Shown here piece after piece: positions 17,387 to 26,618 of a DNA stretch of 64,000 nucleotides. Every line of letters begins with the position of its first letter. The first letter of the stretch is position 1. This stretch comes from a virus. Lineage: Duplodnaviria; Heunggongvirae; Uroviricota; Caudoviricetes. The notes below the pieces were generated by a model. The model searched no databases. It was not told where the DNA came from and worked only from the letters and a program-made list of their open reading frames with translations. The position numbers and the translations under genes are program-made. The DNA is taken from IMG/VR virus record IMGVR_UViG_3300034107_000364; one strand, 5' to 3'.

Positions 17387-19102
17387 ATGAATATGAATAA
17401 CGGTTATTCTTTAGAAGAAACTAAAGAACTTGAAATAAATTCAATCCTGAAAAATACAACAAACGATAAAATTCCAAACACAAGAGAACGTTATTATTGG
17501 TTAAATGAAGAAAGTAGAACATTCTTATCAAGAGGTTACATTACAGAATCACCAGAACAAAGAATTAAAGACGTTGCAAATACTGCAGAGAAAAACTTAA
17601 AAATTGAAGGTTTTGCTAAAAAGTTTGAAGACTATATGGCAAGAGGTTTTTATAGTTTATCAACACCAGTTTGGATTAATTACGGAAAAGACAAAGGATT
17701 ACCAATTAGCTGCTACGGATCAAACGTAGACGATACTTTAGATAGTATCTTAAATGGCTCTAGAGAAATTGGAATGATGTCTAAATATGGTGGTGGAACT
17801 TCTATTTTCTTAGGAAATATTAGAGAAAGAGGTGCTAAGATTTCTACAGGTGGAACAGCAGATGGACCAGTCCACTACGCTAGAATGTATGACACTACAG
17901 TTGATGTATGTAAACAATCAGAAGCTAGACGTGGAGCATGTGCAGCATGGTTACCAGTAGAACATAACGATATTTTAGAATTCTTAGATATGGGTTCAGA
18001 AGGAAATCCAATCCAAAATTTACAATATGGTGTTACAGTAACTGACAAATGGCTTGAAGAAATGAAAGCTGGAGATGCAGATAAGCGTAAGATTTGGGCT
18101 AAAGTTATTCAAAGACGTAATGAATTCGGCTTTCCTTATATTATGTTTAAAGATAATACCAATAATAATTCACCTTACAAAGAATTAGGTTTAGATATTA
18201 CAGCTTCAAACTTATGTAGTGAAATTCAATTACCAACCGATTCATTTAATTCATTCGTATGTTGTTTAGGTTCTATTAACTTATTACACTGGGAAGAATT
18301 AAAAGATACAGATGCTATTGAAACATATACGTTATTCTTAAACGCAGTTATGAATGAATTTGTTACAAAGTCATATAACATGCCAGGAATGAAAAGAGCA
18401 CATCGTTTTGCAGAACAACACAGAGCTTTAGGTTTAGGTGTTTTAGGATACCACTCACTATTTCAATCTAAATTAATTGAATTTGAATCATTAGAAGCAA
18501 AACAATTAAACTACACTATCTTTAAAACTCTTAAAGAAAAAACAGAAGCAGCTTCTAAATGGTTACATGATGAAAGAGGCTATGAATCAATTAGATCTGG
18601 ATTTGCAAATACAACATTAATTGCAATTGCTCCAACAAAATCTAGTTCATTTATTCATGGTGCAGTAAGTATGGGAATTGAGCCAATCAAATCTAATTAC
18701 TTCATTAAAGATCTAGCAAAATCAAAAACTATTTATAAGAACCCGTTCTTAATTGAAGAATTAGAGAAATATGGTTTAAATACACAAGAAGTTTGGGAAG
18801 GAATCTTAAAAAGAGATGGAAGTGTACAGCACTTGGATTTCCCAACTAAAGAGGTTTTCAAATCATTTATTGAAATTAGCCCTAGTGAATTAATTTTACA
18901 AGCAGGTCAAAGACAACAATTTATTGATCAATCACAATCTTTGAATTTGATGATCCATCCTTCAGTGCCAGCAAAAGATATTAATCAATTGTATTTAAAA
19001 GCACACGAATTGGGAGTTAAAACTTTATATTATCAATTTAGTCAAAGTTCAGCACAATCATTTTCGAGAAACATTCTTGAATGTGCAAGCTGCGAAGGTT
19101 AA
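17387..19102 (+). CDS. nrdA: Ribonucleotide reductase class Ia large subunit (no ATP-cone)
   Basis: STP, SCY, GGGT, SNLCSE, CCLGS, IAPT and C-terminal CASCEG. Confidence 0.93.
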   Translation: MNMNNGYSLEETKELEINSILKNTTNDKIPNTRERYYWLNEESRTFLSRGYITESPEQRIKDVANTAEKNLKIEGFAKKFEDYMARGFYSLSTPVWINYGKDKGLPISCYGSNVDDTLDSILNGSREIGMMSKYGGGTSIFLGNIRERGAKISTGGTADGPVHYARMYDTTVDVCKQSEARRGACAAWLPVEHNDILEFLDMGSEGNPIQNLQYGVTVTDKWLEEMKAGDADKRKIWAKVIQRRNEFGFPYIMFKDNTNNNSPYKELGLDITASNLCSEIQLPTDSFNSFVCCLGSINLLHWEELKDTDAIETYTLFLNAVMNEFVTKSYNMPGMKRAHRFAEQHRALGLGVLGYHSLFQSKLIEFESLEAKQLNYTIFKTLKEKTEAASKWLHDERGYESIRSGFANTTLIAIAPTKSSSFIHGAVSMGIEPIKSNYFIKDLAKSKTIYKNPFLIEELEKYGLNTQEVWEGILKRDGSVQHLDFPTKEVFKSFIEISPSELILQAGQRQQFIDQSQSLNLMIHPSVPAKDINQLYLKAHELGVKTLYYQFSQSSAQSFSRNILECASCEG

Positions 19103-19158
19103 AATATCCGGTGGTATGAAATAGGACCACATTTTAGGACCGTTATAGTTAACGGGTT

Positions 19159-19196
19159 GGGCAGAGAAAAGTTCGCTACTATCTCTGCCCTTTTTT
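19159..19196 (+). terminator. Rho-independent terminator after nrdA
   Basis: GGGCAGAGA 19159-19167 / TCTCTGCCC 19182-19190 followed by T6. Confidence 0.85.
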
Positions 19197-19220
19197 GTTT
19201 AATAAAATCAGATATATACA

Positions 19221-19309
19221 AAATACTAGTTTGAGTATCATCGAATTGTACCCCTCCTCCGATAGTATCGTTGGACCGAAGGCTTAGAGAAATCTAAGCC
19301 TTTTCTTTT
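19221..19309 (+). ncRNA. Candidate late small RNA of about 85-90 nt containing CCCCTCCTCC
   Basis: Own GATATATA promoter at 19211-19218 and own terminator at 19279-19309; no ORF; small hairpins. Confidence 0.55.
19279..19309 (+). terminator. Rho-independent terminator
   Basis: AAGGCTTAGA-GAAA-TCTAAGCCTT followed by TTCTTTT. Confidence 0.85.
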
Positions 19310-19336
19310 GAAACAAACCCAAGTATATCGGTATAA
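19310..19336 (+). promoter_or_regulatory. Class 2 promoter GAAAC-N17-TATAA
   Basis: GAAAC 19310-19314, TATAA 19332-19336. Confidence 0.7.
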
Positions 19337-19368
19337 TATTCAAATATCATTATCTAATAAACAAATTT

Positions 19369-20112
19369 ATGAAATTAAAAATTGATCGCATTGACCAACA
19401 TGCACTAACAGAGTTTATCAATCGTGTTAAACTTATTGACTCTTTCATCTACATGAAAATTAAAGATGGACAAATTAATTCAACGGTATATCTTCCACAA
19501 AGAGATGCTGTAAAACATCACTCAATTCCGGCAGATAAAATCTTCCAAGTAAGTGAATGGCCTGATACCGAAAAAGAAATGAAAATTGCATTCTTCGAGG
19601 GTAATAAAGTTATCGAAGCTATTAAACACTTCGAACATGACGCAATTAAAGGTGAGTTTGAATTCATCGAAAATGATGAAGAATTCGTTGCATCTACATT
19701 ACGTATTTTTAACGACGAATTGGAAATCACATTATCTTGCTCAGAACCATCTTTAGGATTTAAAGATCTTTCACAAGAACAACGCGATGCTATCTTTGCA
19801 AGAGCAGATTCTAAATTTGATTTTAGATTGGACACTCATTCGATCGGTAAAGTTAAAAACTTATTTACATTAGACAAAGACGAAACATTCGGTATCAAAT
19901 CTGATGTTGCAGGAATCAATGTAAATGGTAAATCATTTAACGTGGTACTTACACCAGACACAAACGGTAATGGTAAAGTTACAGTTTACAAAAAGTATTT
20001 AAATCTATTAGACAAAGAGGAACAAACAGTTTATGTGTCAGATTCCAAAGTTGTATTCGAATCAAATGATTCACACACTTTATTGACAATTTCAACCTGC
20101 CAAACTGCCTAA
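19369..20112 (+). CDS. Probable sliding clamp (T4 gp45-like)
   Basis: 247 aa, alternating beta-rich pattern, next to the polymerase; weak direct motif evidence. Confidence 0.6.
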   Translation: MKLKIDRIDQHALTEFINRVKLIDSFIYMKIKDGQINSTVYLPQRDAVKHHSIPADKIFQVSEWPDTEKEMKIAFFEGNKVIEAIKHFEHDAIKGEFEFIENDEEFVASTLRIFNDELEITLSCSEPSLGFKDLSQEQRDAIFARADSKFDFRLDTHSIGKVKNLFTLDKDETFGIKSDVAGINVNGKSFNVVLTPDTNGNGKVTVYKKYLNLLDKEEQTVYVSDSKVVFESNDSHTLLTISTCQTA

Positions 20113-20115
20113 TAC

Positions 20116-21324
20116 ATGACAATCGAAGAGTTAGAAAATAAATCAATTGACCAACTAACAGATGATGAGGCGAAGTTGCTTATAGACCACTATAAGCAAC
20201 TTTCTGCCAAATTCACTGCGTATGAACAAGCAGTTAAGTTAACTCTAAACTCTATCTATGGAGCCTTTGGTAACAAATGGTTCCACTTTTTTAATCTAGA
20301 TATCGCAGAATCAATTACCAAACAAGGTAAAAATGCAATCCTTTATTCAGAAACAATACTTAACAAATATGTTAATGATTTCTGGCATAAGGACACTGCG
20401 GTTCATGAACAATTTGGAATTAAGGTTAAAGGTAAAGTTGAAAAACCAGCAGTAATCTATATTGACACCGATTCATGTTATGTACAGTTTCAAGATTTAT
20501 ACGAATCAATTACATGGTTAGATGAATCTAAGAAATTGACAATTGATGAATTCGTTCTAGCATTTTATGCATATCGTCTTAAAGATTATATCATGAAATG
20601 TATGGAGAAATATGCTGAAAAGAGAAATACTGATAACTTCTTAGTGTTCGAATTAGAATCACTTGCATACAATGGTATTTGGATGAGTAAAAAGAAATAC
20701 ATTCAAAATATTGCATGGGATGATAAGTTAGAAGTAACTGATCGTCACCCATCATTAAAGAAAGTAAAAACTATTGGATTCGATACGATCCAATCATCAA
20801 CTCCAAAATTTGCAAGAGAGAAATTAGTAGAATGTCTTAGAATTCTGTTTACATCTAGAGTAACACCAAATGCAAATGAATTGCAACAATTGGTTGAATT
20901 CATGAAAAAATGTAAGAAGGAATTTAAGTTAGCAAATATTGATGACATCTCTTTTAATAAGAGAACCAACAATATCGATCAGTACATCATTGACGATCAA
21001 AAAGAATTGCAAATTGGACTAAAATGTCCAGCCAATGTAAAAGCTGCAGGATACTACAACTATATTTTAAATAACAATAAAAAATATAAGAATAAGTATA
21101 AGCACATTCAGAATGGTGAGAAACTTAAGATCTATAATTGTATAGGAACTATTAGTGAAGTGTATGCATTTATGCCAAACGAATATCCTTATGAAATAGC
21201 ACCACAAGTTGATTACGATACTCAATTTGAGAAAGCAATGATTGATCCATTGAATAGAGTACTTACAGCAATAGGACTACAAACATTAGACACAAATTTA
21301 ATTTACGCATCAGCATTATTTTAA
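20116..21324 (+). CDS. gp43: Family B DNA polymerase, C-terminal subunit (fingers/palm/thumb; gp43B-like)
   Basis: KLTLNSIYGAFGN (region III), YIDTDS (region I), KKKY and VKTIGFD. Confidence 0.9.
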   Translation: MTIEELENKSIDQLTDDEAKLLIDHYKQLSAKFTAYEQAVKLTLNSIYGAFGNKWFHFFNLDIAESITKQGKNAILYSETILNKYVNDFWHKDTAVHEQFGIKVKGKVEKPAVIYIDTDSCYVQFQDLYESITWLDESKKLTIDEFVLAFYAYRLKDYIMKCMEKYAEKRNTDNFLVFELESLAYNGIWMSKKKYIQNIAWDDKLEVTDRHPSLKKVKTIGFDTIQSSTPKFAREKLVECLRILFTSRVTPNANELQQLVEFMKKCKKEFKLANIDDISFNKRTNNIDQYIIDDQKELQIGLKCPANVKAAGYYNYILNNNKKYKNKYKHIQNGEKLKIYNCIGTISEVYAFMPNEYPYEIAPQVDYDTQFEKAMIDPLNRVLTAIGLQTLDTNLIYASALF

Positions 21325-21325
21325 C

Positions 21326-21511
21326 ATGGAATTAAAAGACATTTTATACTTACTAGAAAAAGAAAATCCAAACAACCAAGAATTTGGTGCTAAAGTTAGA
21401 TCATTGATTTGGGAAATGAAAAAAACTCAAAGTGCAGAAATAGCTAAAGAACAATTACCTGGACAAATAGACATGTTTGGACCTGAATTTAAGTATCCAT
21501 ATAATGAATAA
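21326..21511 (+). CDS. Hypothetical protein
   Basis: 61-aa ORF in operon spacing. Confidence 0.55.
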   Translation: MELKDILYLLEKENPNNQEFGAKVRSLIWEMKKTQSAEIAKEQLPGQIDMFGPEFKYPYNE

Positions 21512-21527
21512 TCTTAAAAAATAAACT

Positions 21528-21710
21528 ATGGAAGTTAATTTAACAAAAGAACAAAAAGAATACGTAGACGCTTATAATCACATTTTAAATAAGTTATCGG
21601 GTATTCAAGAAAGAATTGATGGGTTAAAAATTGAAGCTGATGAAGCTTTACAAGAACTAAACACATTAAGATCTAGGGAACGTGATGCCTTTCCAGAACA
21701 ACTAGATTAA
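21528..21710 (+). CDS. Hypothetical coiled-coil protein
   Basis: 60-aa ORF. Confidence 0.6.
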   Translation: MEVNLTKEQKEYVDAYNHILNKLSGIQERIDGLKIEADEALQELNTLRSRERDAFPEQLD

Positions 21711-21737
21711 GAAACAATTTGGCATTTAACGATATAA
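21711..21737 (+). promoter_or_regulatory. Class 2 promoter GAAAC-N17-TATAA
   Basis: GAAAC 21711-21715, TATAA 21733-21737. Confidence 0.7.
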
Positions 21738-21756
21738 TATAAAAAATACAACAAAT

Positions 21757-22866
21757 ATGGCAAAGAAAGATTTCAGTTTCGACGATATTAACAGTGAATT
21801 AAAAACACTAAATCCAATGGGATCTGTTATGGAATTCTCAACATTTAGTGAGGTTACAGAATGGATTGATAGTGGTAACTTTCATTTAAATGCATGTATT
21901 AGTGGTTCACTTTTTGGTGGATGGCCTAATAGCAGAACATGTTCAATCGCTGGACCTTCTGGTACTGGTAAAACTTATTTAATCCTAAACTCTGTTAAAA
22001 GAGCAATTGATATGGGATACAATGTAGTGTTTTACGATTCAGAAGCTGCAGTAGATAAAGATCTTATGGTTAAGTTTGGTATTGATATAAGTAAAGTAAA
22101 TTATCAACCAATTAACACGGTACAAGATTTTAGAACATCAGTTACTACGATTACAGGTAAAATGCAAGATGCAAAAGCAGCAGGTGGAAATGTACCAAAA
22201 ATCATGATTATTCTTGATTCAGCAGGTAACTTAGCAACTGCAAAAGAAATTGAAGATGCAAAATCAGGTTCTGATAAAGCAGATATGACTCGTTCTAAAG
22301 TACTTAAGTCAATCTTCCGTATTATCATGACTCCAATGGCTGATCTTAAGATACCTTTCATCTTTACTAATCATACATATCAAACTCAAGATTTCATCTC
22401 ACGACAAGTAGCGGGTGGTGGAACTGGACCAGAATATGCAGCATCTATTGTGTTATTCTTAAACAAAGCACAACTTAAAGATTCGGCTGGAGAAAGATCG
22501 GGTATTATTGTTACAGCGAAACCTAACAAGAATCGTTTTGCAAAACCAACTAATATTAAATTCCATTTAGATTTCTCTAAAGGTATGAACAGATATGTTG
22601 GATTAGAGCAATACATTGATTGGGATGAAATTGGTATTACTAAAGGTGTAATTGAAAAGGGTGAAAAGATTCCTAAAGCATCTTCAAGAAATTGGATCTG
22701 CAAACACCTAGATGAAACTGTATCAAATGCAGAATTCTTCTCAGAAAAAGTATTTACTCAAGAAGTATTAGAAAAAATTGAGGAAAGAATCAAACCAATC
22801 TTTAACTACAACACAGAAGAAAGAGAGATTGACATTGATGCAATTTTAGAATCAGATGAAGATTAA
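21757..22866 (+). CDS. uvsX: RecA-like recombinase
   Basis: GPSGTGKT Walker A, FYDSE, IILDS, NHTY and GGG.G.EY motifs. Confidence 0.92.
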   Translation: MAKKDFSFDDINSELKTLNPMGSVMEFSTFSEVTEWIDSGNFHLNACISGSLFGGWPNSRTCSIAGPSGTGKTYLILNSVKRAIDMGYNVVFYDSEAAVDKDLMVKFGIDISKVNYQPINTVQDFRTSVTTITGKMQDAKAAGGNVPKIMIILDSAGNLATAKEIEDAKSGSDKADMTRSKVLKSIFRIIMTPMADLKIPFIFTNHTYQTQDFISRQVAGGGTGPEYAASIVLFLNKAQLKDSAGERSGIIVTAKPNKNRFAKPTNIKFHLDFSKGMNRYVGLEQYIDWDEIGITKGVIEKGEKIPKASSRNWICKHLDETVSNAEFFSEKVFTQEVLEKIEERIKPIFNYNTEEREIDIDAILESDED

Positions 22867-23155
22867 TGAAGATAAACTTCCAATCAAGTATATTCTAGGA
22901 ATAGAAAAAGAGATTGCAGGTTATCCTTCAGGATTCGATATTCTTTTAGCAGAAATTAAATTGTGTGTCAGAATGCCTGATAGACATAAAGGTAATTTCA
23001 CTTTACATGCTCTAAAAACTTATAGATTTCCAGAAACCGATGAAGCACATCTTTTAACTTCTATTCAAGACTTAGTAAATCTTGATTTGGTCGAAGTCCT
23101 AAACGATTCAGAAGGTAAAGAATCATGGACAATAAAAACAAATCCATTCGAATGA
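22856..23155 (+). CDS. Hypothetical protein (possible winged helix)
   Basis: 99-aa ORF overlapping both neighbours. Confidence 0.55.
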   Translation: MKINEDKLPIKYILGIEKEIAGYPSGFDILLAEIKLCVRMPDRHKGNFTLHALKTYRFPETDEAHLLTSIQDLVNLDLVEVLNDSEGKESWTIKTNPFE

Positions 23156-23724
23156 TATTAGTAATAGACGATTTTATAAAAGACAAGGGTTTATTAAAAG
23201 AAATATCACAAGATACAAACTTCTTTAATGATCCAGGTATTTATTACTGGTGGGATGGTTGGTGGAACGGTGAAGCAAAGACTGTAAAACATAAATTGAT
23301 TGAGGCAATATGGGCGGACAATTGTCCGCTTAGTCAGCCAATGTCAATCAGAGGTTTTGAATACTGGACAGGAATTCAAACAGCTAACACAGAAACTGGA
23401 TTCAGCAATAACTTAGGTAACCATTATGACAAAGATGAGGAACTATTTGCTAAAACAGGTGAAATAGTAACACCATCAATGGGCACAGTATATTATCCAG
23501 AGCAAGATAAATTTGAAGGCGGCATGTTAGAAATTTATACTGAAGGTATTGATAAAAAACCAGAAGTAGTTTATGCCAAACCTAATAGATTAATAATCTT
23601 CGATGCTGGAAAATATGTCCACGCAGTTACACAAGTAACGCAAGGTACTAGAAAAGCTATAGCTATTAATCTATGGCTGACAGAACCGATGGGTAAACAA
23701 AATGGCGCTATGCGCATAGAATAG
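23152..23724 (+). CDS. 2OG-Fe(II) oxygenase
   Basis: HYD...GG.L...NRLIIFD...HAV...RKA (HxD...H...R triad); start moved to the ATGA overlap at 23152. Confidence 0.85.
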   Translation: MILVIDDFIKDKGLLKEISQDTNFFNDPGIYYWWDGWWNGEAKTVKHKLIEAIWADNCPLSQPMSIRGFEYWTGIQTANTETGFSNNLGNHYDKDEELFAKTGEIVTPSMGTVYYPEQDKFEGGMLEIYTEGIDKKPEVVYAKPNRLIIFDAGKYVHAVTQVTQGTRKAIAINLWLTEPMGKQNGAMRIE

Positions 23725-23747
23725 AAATACAATTAAAAATAAACAAC

Positions 23748-25064
23748 ATGCAATTCGGACAAGACTTTGAAAAAATATTCTTTAGATTATCCTTAGTTAA
23801 AACTAAGTATTTAAAAAGCATTAAGAGTGGATTTTATACTTCTCAAGAAATTGATATTTTAAGTCAATTGTCTAATAAGTTTTTTGAGCGTTTCAATGAA
23901 ACACCAAAAAGAGATCAATTACAAATGTTGATCCAAAGAAGTGAAAAGGCCAAAGAAAAAGTTACAGAAGATATTTTAAATATTATCTTTGAAGTAGACT
24001 TAGATCAATATGACGAAGAATGGTTAACTACCACAGCTGAAGCATGGATCAAATGGCGAACCTTTGATACTTCATTGATCGATACTATAGAATTTATTAA
24101 AACTACTCAGGTAACACCTGAAAACGTCGACAGTATAGTTACTAAGGTTAAAGGTCTTATTAATGATAGAAATAATTTATCATTTAATTCAGATCTAGGA
24201 CTTGACTTCTTCGAAGTTGATTCTCACGATCAAAAAGACACCGAAAAAGTTAGTACAGGATATAACTTCTTAGACAGAATGTTAGGTGGTGGTTATGACA
24301 AAGGTGGAAACTTAATTGTTTACGCAGGTGAACAAAACATTGGTAAATCTATTTACTTAGCAAATGACGCTGCGAACTTTGTTAAAATGGGAACAAACAC
24401 TGTTGTTGTAACAGCAGAGATGGCAGCTCATAAATTCATTAAACGTATTGGTTCTAATTTATTAACTATTAATATCAATGAATATGGTGATAAAGCAAAA
24501 AACAAAGAACATATTCAAAGAAGATTAGAAACCGTAGGTGATGGATTAACTCCTCCAGGATCTTTATTTGTAAAACAATTTCCAACATCACAAGCAACAG
24601 TATTAGATATTGAAGCTTATGTAAATCAAATTGAAGAGGAAAGACAAATCAAAGTTGGTGCAGTTATTATTGACTACATTAATATCTTAGCAAACTACAG
24701 AAACCAAAATACTGAGAACACATACATGAAGATCAAGCAAATTGCAGAAGATCTTAGAGCTATGGGTATTCGTAATAACTGGTTAATTGTAACAGCAACA
24801 CAGATTACAAGAAATGGTTATAATTCATCAGACATTGGTATGACTGACATTGCAGAATCTGCAGGACTTTCACATACAGCAGATATTATGTTAGGTATTA
24901 TTCAAGATGATTTAATGAGAGCTAATAATGAATATTGGCTTAAAGTTTTAAAAATCAGAGATGGTGAAGGAAAAGGAACTAAATGTAAATTAAACATTAA
25001 TTGGAATTATATGAGGTTAATCGAAACAGAAGAAACTACAAACTCCAATTTACACAGTATATAA
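23748..25064 (+). CDS. gp41: Replicative DnaB-like helicase (T4 gp41-like)
   Basis: GEQNIGKS, TAEM, IIDYIN, TATQITR and AESAGL. Confidence 0.9.
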   Translation: MQFGQDFEKIFFRLSLVKTKYLKSIKSGFYTSQEIDILSQLSNKFFERFNETPKRDQLQMLIQRSEKAKEKVTEDILNIIFEVDLDQYDEEWLTTTAEAWIKWRTFDTSLIDTIEFIKTTQVTPENVDSIVTKVKGLINDRNNLSFNSDLGLDFFEVDSHDQKDTEKVSTGYNFLDRMLGGGYDKGGNLIVYAGEQNIGKSIYLANDAANFVKMGTNTVVVTAEMAAHKFIKRIGSNLLTININEYGDKAKNKEHIQRRLETVGDGLTPPGSLFVKQFPTSQATVLDIEAYVNQIEEERQIKVGAVIIDYINILANYRNQNTENTYMKIKQIAEDLRAMGIRNNWLIVTATQITRNGYNSSDIGMTDIAESAGLSHTADIMLGIIQDDLMRANNEYWLKVLKIRDGEGKGTKCKLNINWNYMRLIETEETTNSNLHSI

Positions 25065-25066
25065 TT

Positions 25067-25501
25067 ATGACAAACGATAAAATCTTTAACAACAATTTCG
25101 AATCTCCAGACACTGAATTCGGTAACATAAACTTCGAATTAGATTCGGCTACTAAGGACAATCAAGACGAAGAGGATAAAATTCATTATGAATTAATTGC
25201 AAGAGAAATTCATCAATTAATTACCGCTTCAAGATTCAAAGTATTTAACAATGTGGATGAACTAGGTAGATGTACAACACTAAAAAAATCAGACATTAAT
25301 GATGTTTATGGATATATCATTGATGAAATGGCTGAAAAAAATAGTCGTATAGATATTTTCAGCGAGTTGTGTATTTATTTTGACATTAATCCTACTAAAT
25401 TTTATAGTTCATTATCTAACGTATACAAAGAAGATCTAATACAAGAATTAGATTTACGAACAGGTATATTGAAGAGAAAGAACATAATGAAACTTTTCTA
25501 A
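25067..25501 (+). CDS. Hypothetical protein, possibly a T4 gp33-like late transcription coactivator
   Basis: C-terminal IFSELC.YFDI.P.K....LS..YKE.L..E pattern loosely resembles gp33; start moved to ATG 25067. Confidence 0.35.
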   Translation: MTNDKIFNNNFESPDTEFGNINFELDSATKDNQDEEDKIHYELIAREIHQLITASRFKVFNNVDELGRCTTLKKSDINDVYGYIIDEMAEKNSRIDIFSELCIYFDINPTKFYSSLSNVYKEDLIQELDLRTGILKRKNIMKLF

Positions 25502-25502
25502 A

Positions 25503-26618
25503 ATGATAGAAGCAAGCGTTTTTAAAAAAGGTGCCAATAGAATATGGGTACTCGGTGATTTACACTTTGGCGTAAGAGCAAATTCAGTAGAATGGTTAGA
25601 AATTCAAAAACAATTCTTTGAAGAAGTTTTTATACCAACTCTTACTGCAAATGTAAAACCAGGTGATGTACTAATACAAGTGGGTGATACTTTCGATAAT
25701 AGACAATCTATTAATATCAAAGTATTAAACTATGCTGTGAATCTTTTTGAAAGATTAGGTAAAATCCTACCAGTCCATGTTATCTGTGGAAACCATGATA
25801 TTTGGGCCAAGAATTCAAATGATGTTACTTCAATTGATTCACTTAAATGGATCCCTAATGTACAGATCTATAAAGAACCTAAACTTTTAGAATGGTCAAA
25901 TAAGAAAATCTTAATGATGCCATGGCGAAGAGATACAGAACATGAAACTGAAACTCTAGCAAATTTCCCGCAAGCGCAAATAGTATTTTGTCATTCGGAA
26001 GTTAAAGGTATTTACTTAAACGCTAAAGTTAAAAACGAACATGGAACTGATTCTAATGTATATGAAAAATATACAAGAGTTTATAGTGGACATATTCATT
26101 ATAGACAAGAGCGTAATAAATTATTAATGGTAGGTACACCATATCAATTGACCAGATCTGATGCAAACAATGAAAAGGGATTTGATCTGGTTAATTTAGA
26201 AGATATGTCAGAGACTTTCTTTGTAAATGATGTATCACCTAAGTTTATAAAATACAATATCTTACAACTGTATGATATGCCTTTGGGTCAATTTAAAAAT
26301 CAAATTAAAAACAATTTCGTTGATTTATTTGTACCTTCTAAGATTGCAACTACAAATGCACTTAGTCAACTTATAAACAAAATTCAAAATATTAGTAGAA
26401 AATTAGAGCCTAATATTTATCAAGAAGAGAATTATATCGATAAAGATTTTTATGATATAGACGAAATAGAAGAAATGTATAAGAATTACAATATATTAAA
26501 TCTTTGTAATACTTATGTTGAAGGTTTAGGCAGCGACGATGAAACCAAAGCTAAACTTAAAGAAAAACTTAAAATACTGTACAATCAATGTGCATACAAC
26601 AACGGTAATGAAATATGA
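25503..26618 (+). CDS. gp47: Recombination nuclease subunit (Mre11/SbcD, T4 gp47-like)
   Basis: GDLHFG, GDTFD, GNHD, FCH and SGHIH. Confidence 0.92.
   Translation: MIEASVFKKGANRIWVLGDLHFGVRANSVEWLEIQKQFFEEVFIPTLTANVKPGDVLIQVGDTFDNRQSINIKVLNYAVNLFERLGKILPVHVICGNHDIWAKNSNDVTSIDSLKWIPNVQIYKEPKLLEWSNKKILMMPWRRDTEHETETLANFPQAQIVFCHSEVKGIYLNAKVKNEHGTDSNVYEKYTRVYSGHIHYRQERNKLLMVGTPYQLTRSDANNEKGFDLVNLEDMSETFFVNDVSPKFIKYNILQLYDMPLGQFKNQIKNNFVDLFVPSKIATTNALSQLINKIQNISRKLEPNIYQEENYIDKDFYDIDEIEEMYKNYNILNLCNTYVEGLGSDDETKAKLKEKLKILYNQCAYNNGNEI

Noticed and set aside
19107-19155. tRNA-like D-arm resemblance (GGTGGTATGAAATAGG)
   Set aside because: No acceptor stem, anticodon arm or T-arm can be formed.
16260-20240. 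Split intein or trans-splicing intron joining the two polymerase halves
   Set aside because: No C/S-starting intein N-fragment, no HN-C/S/T junction and no intron-like sequence at either break.
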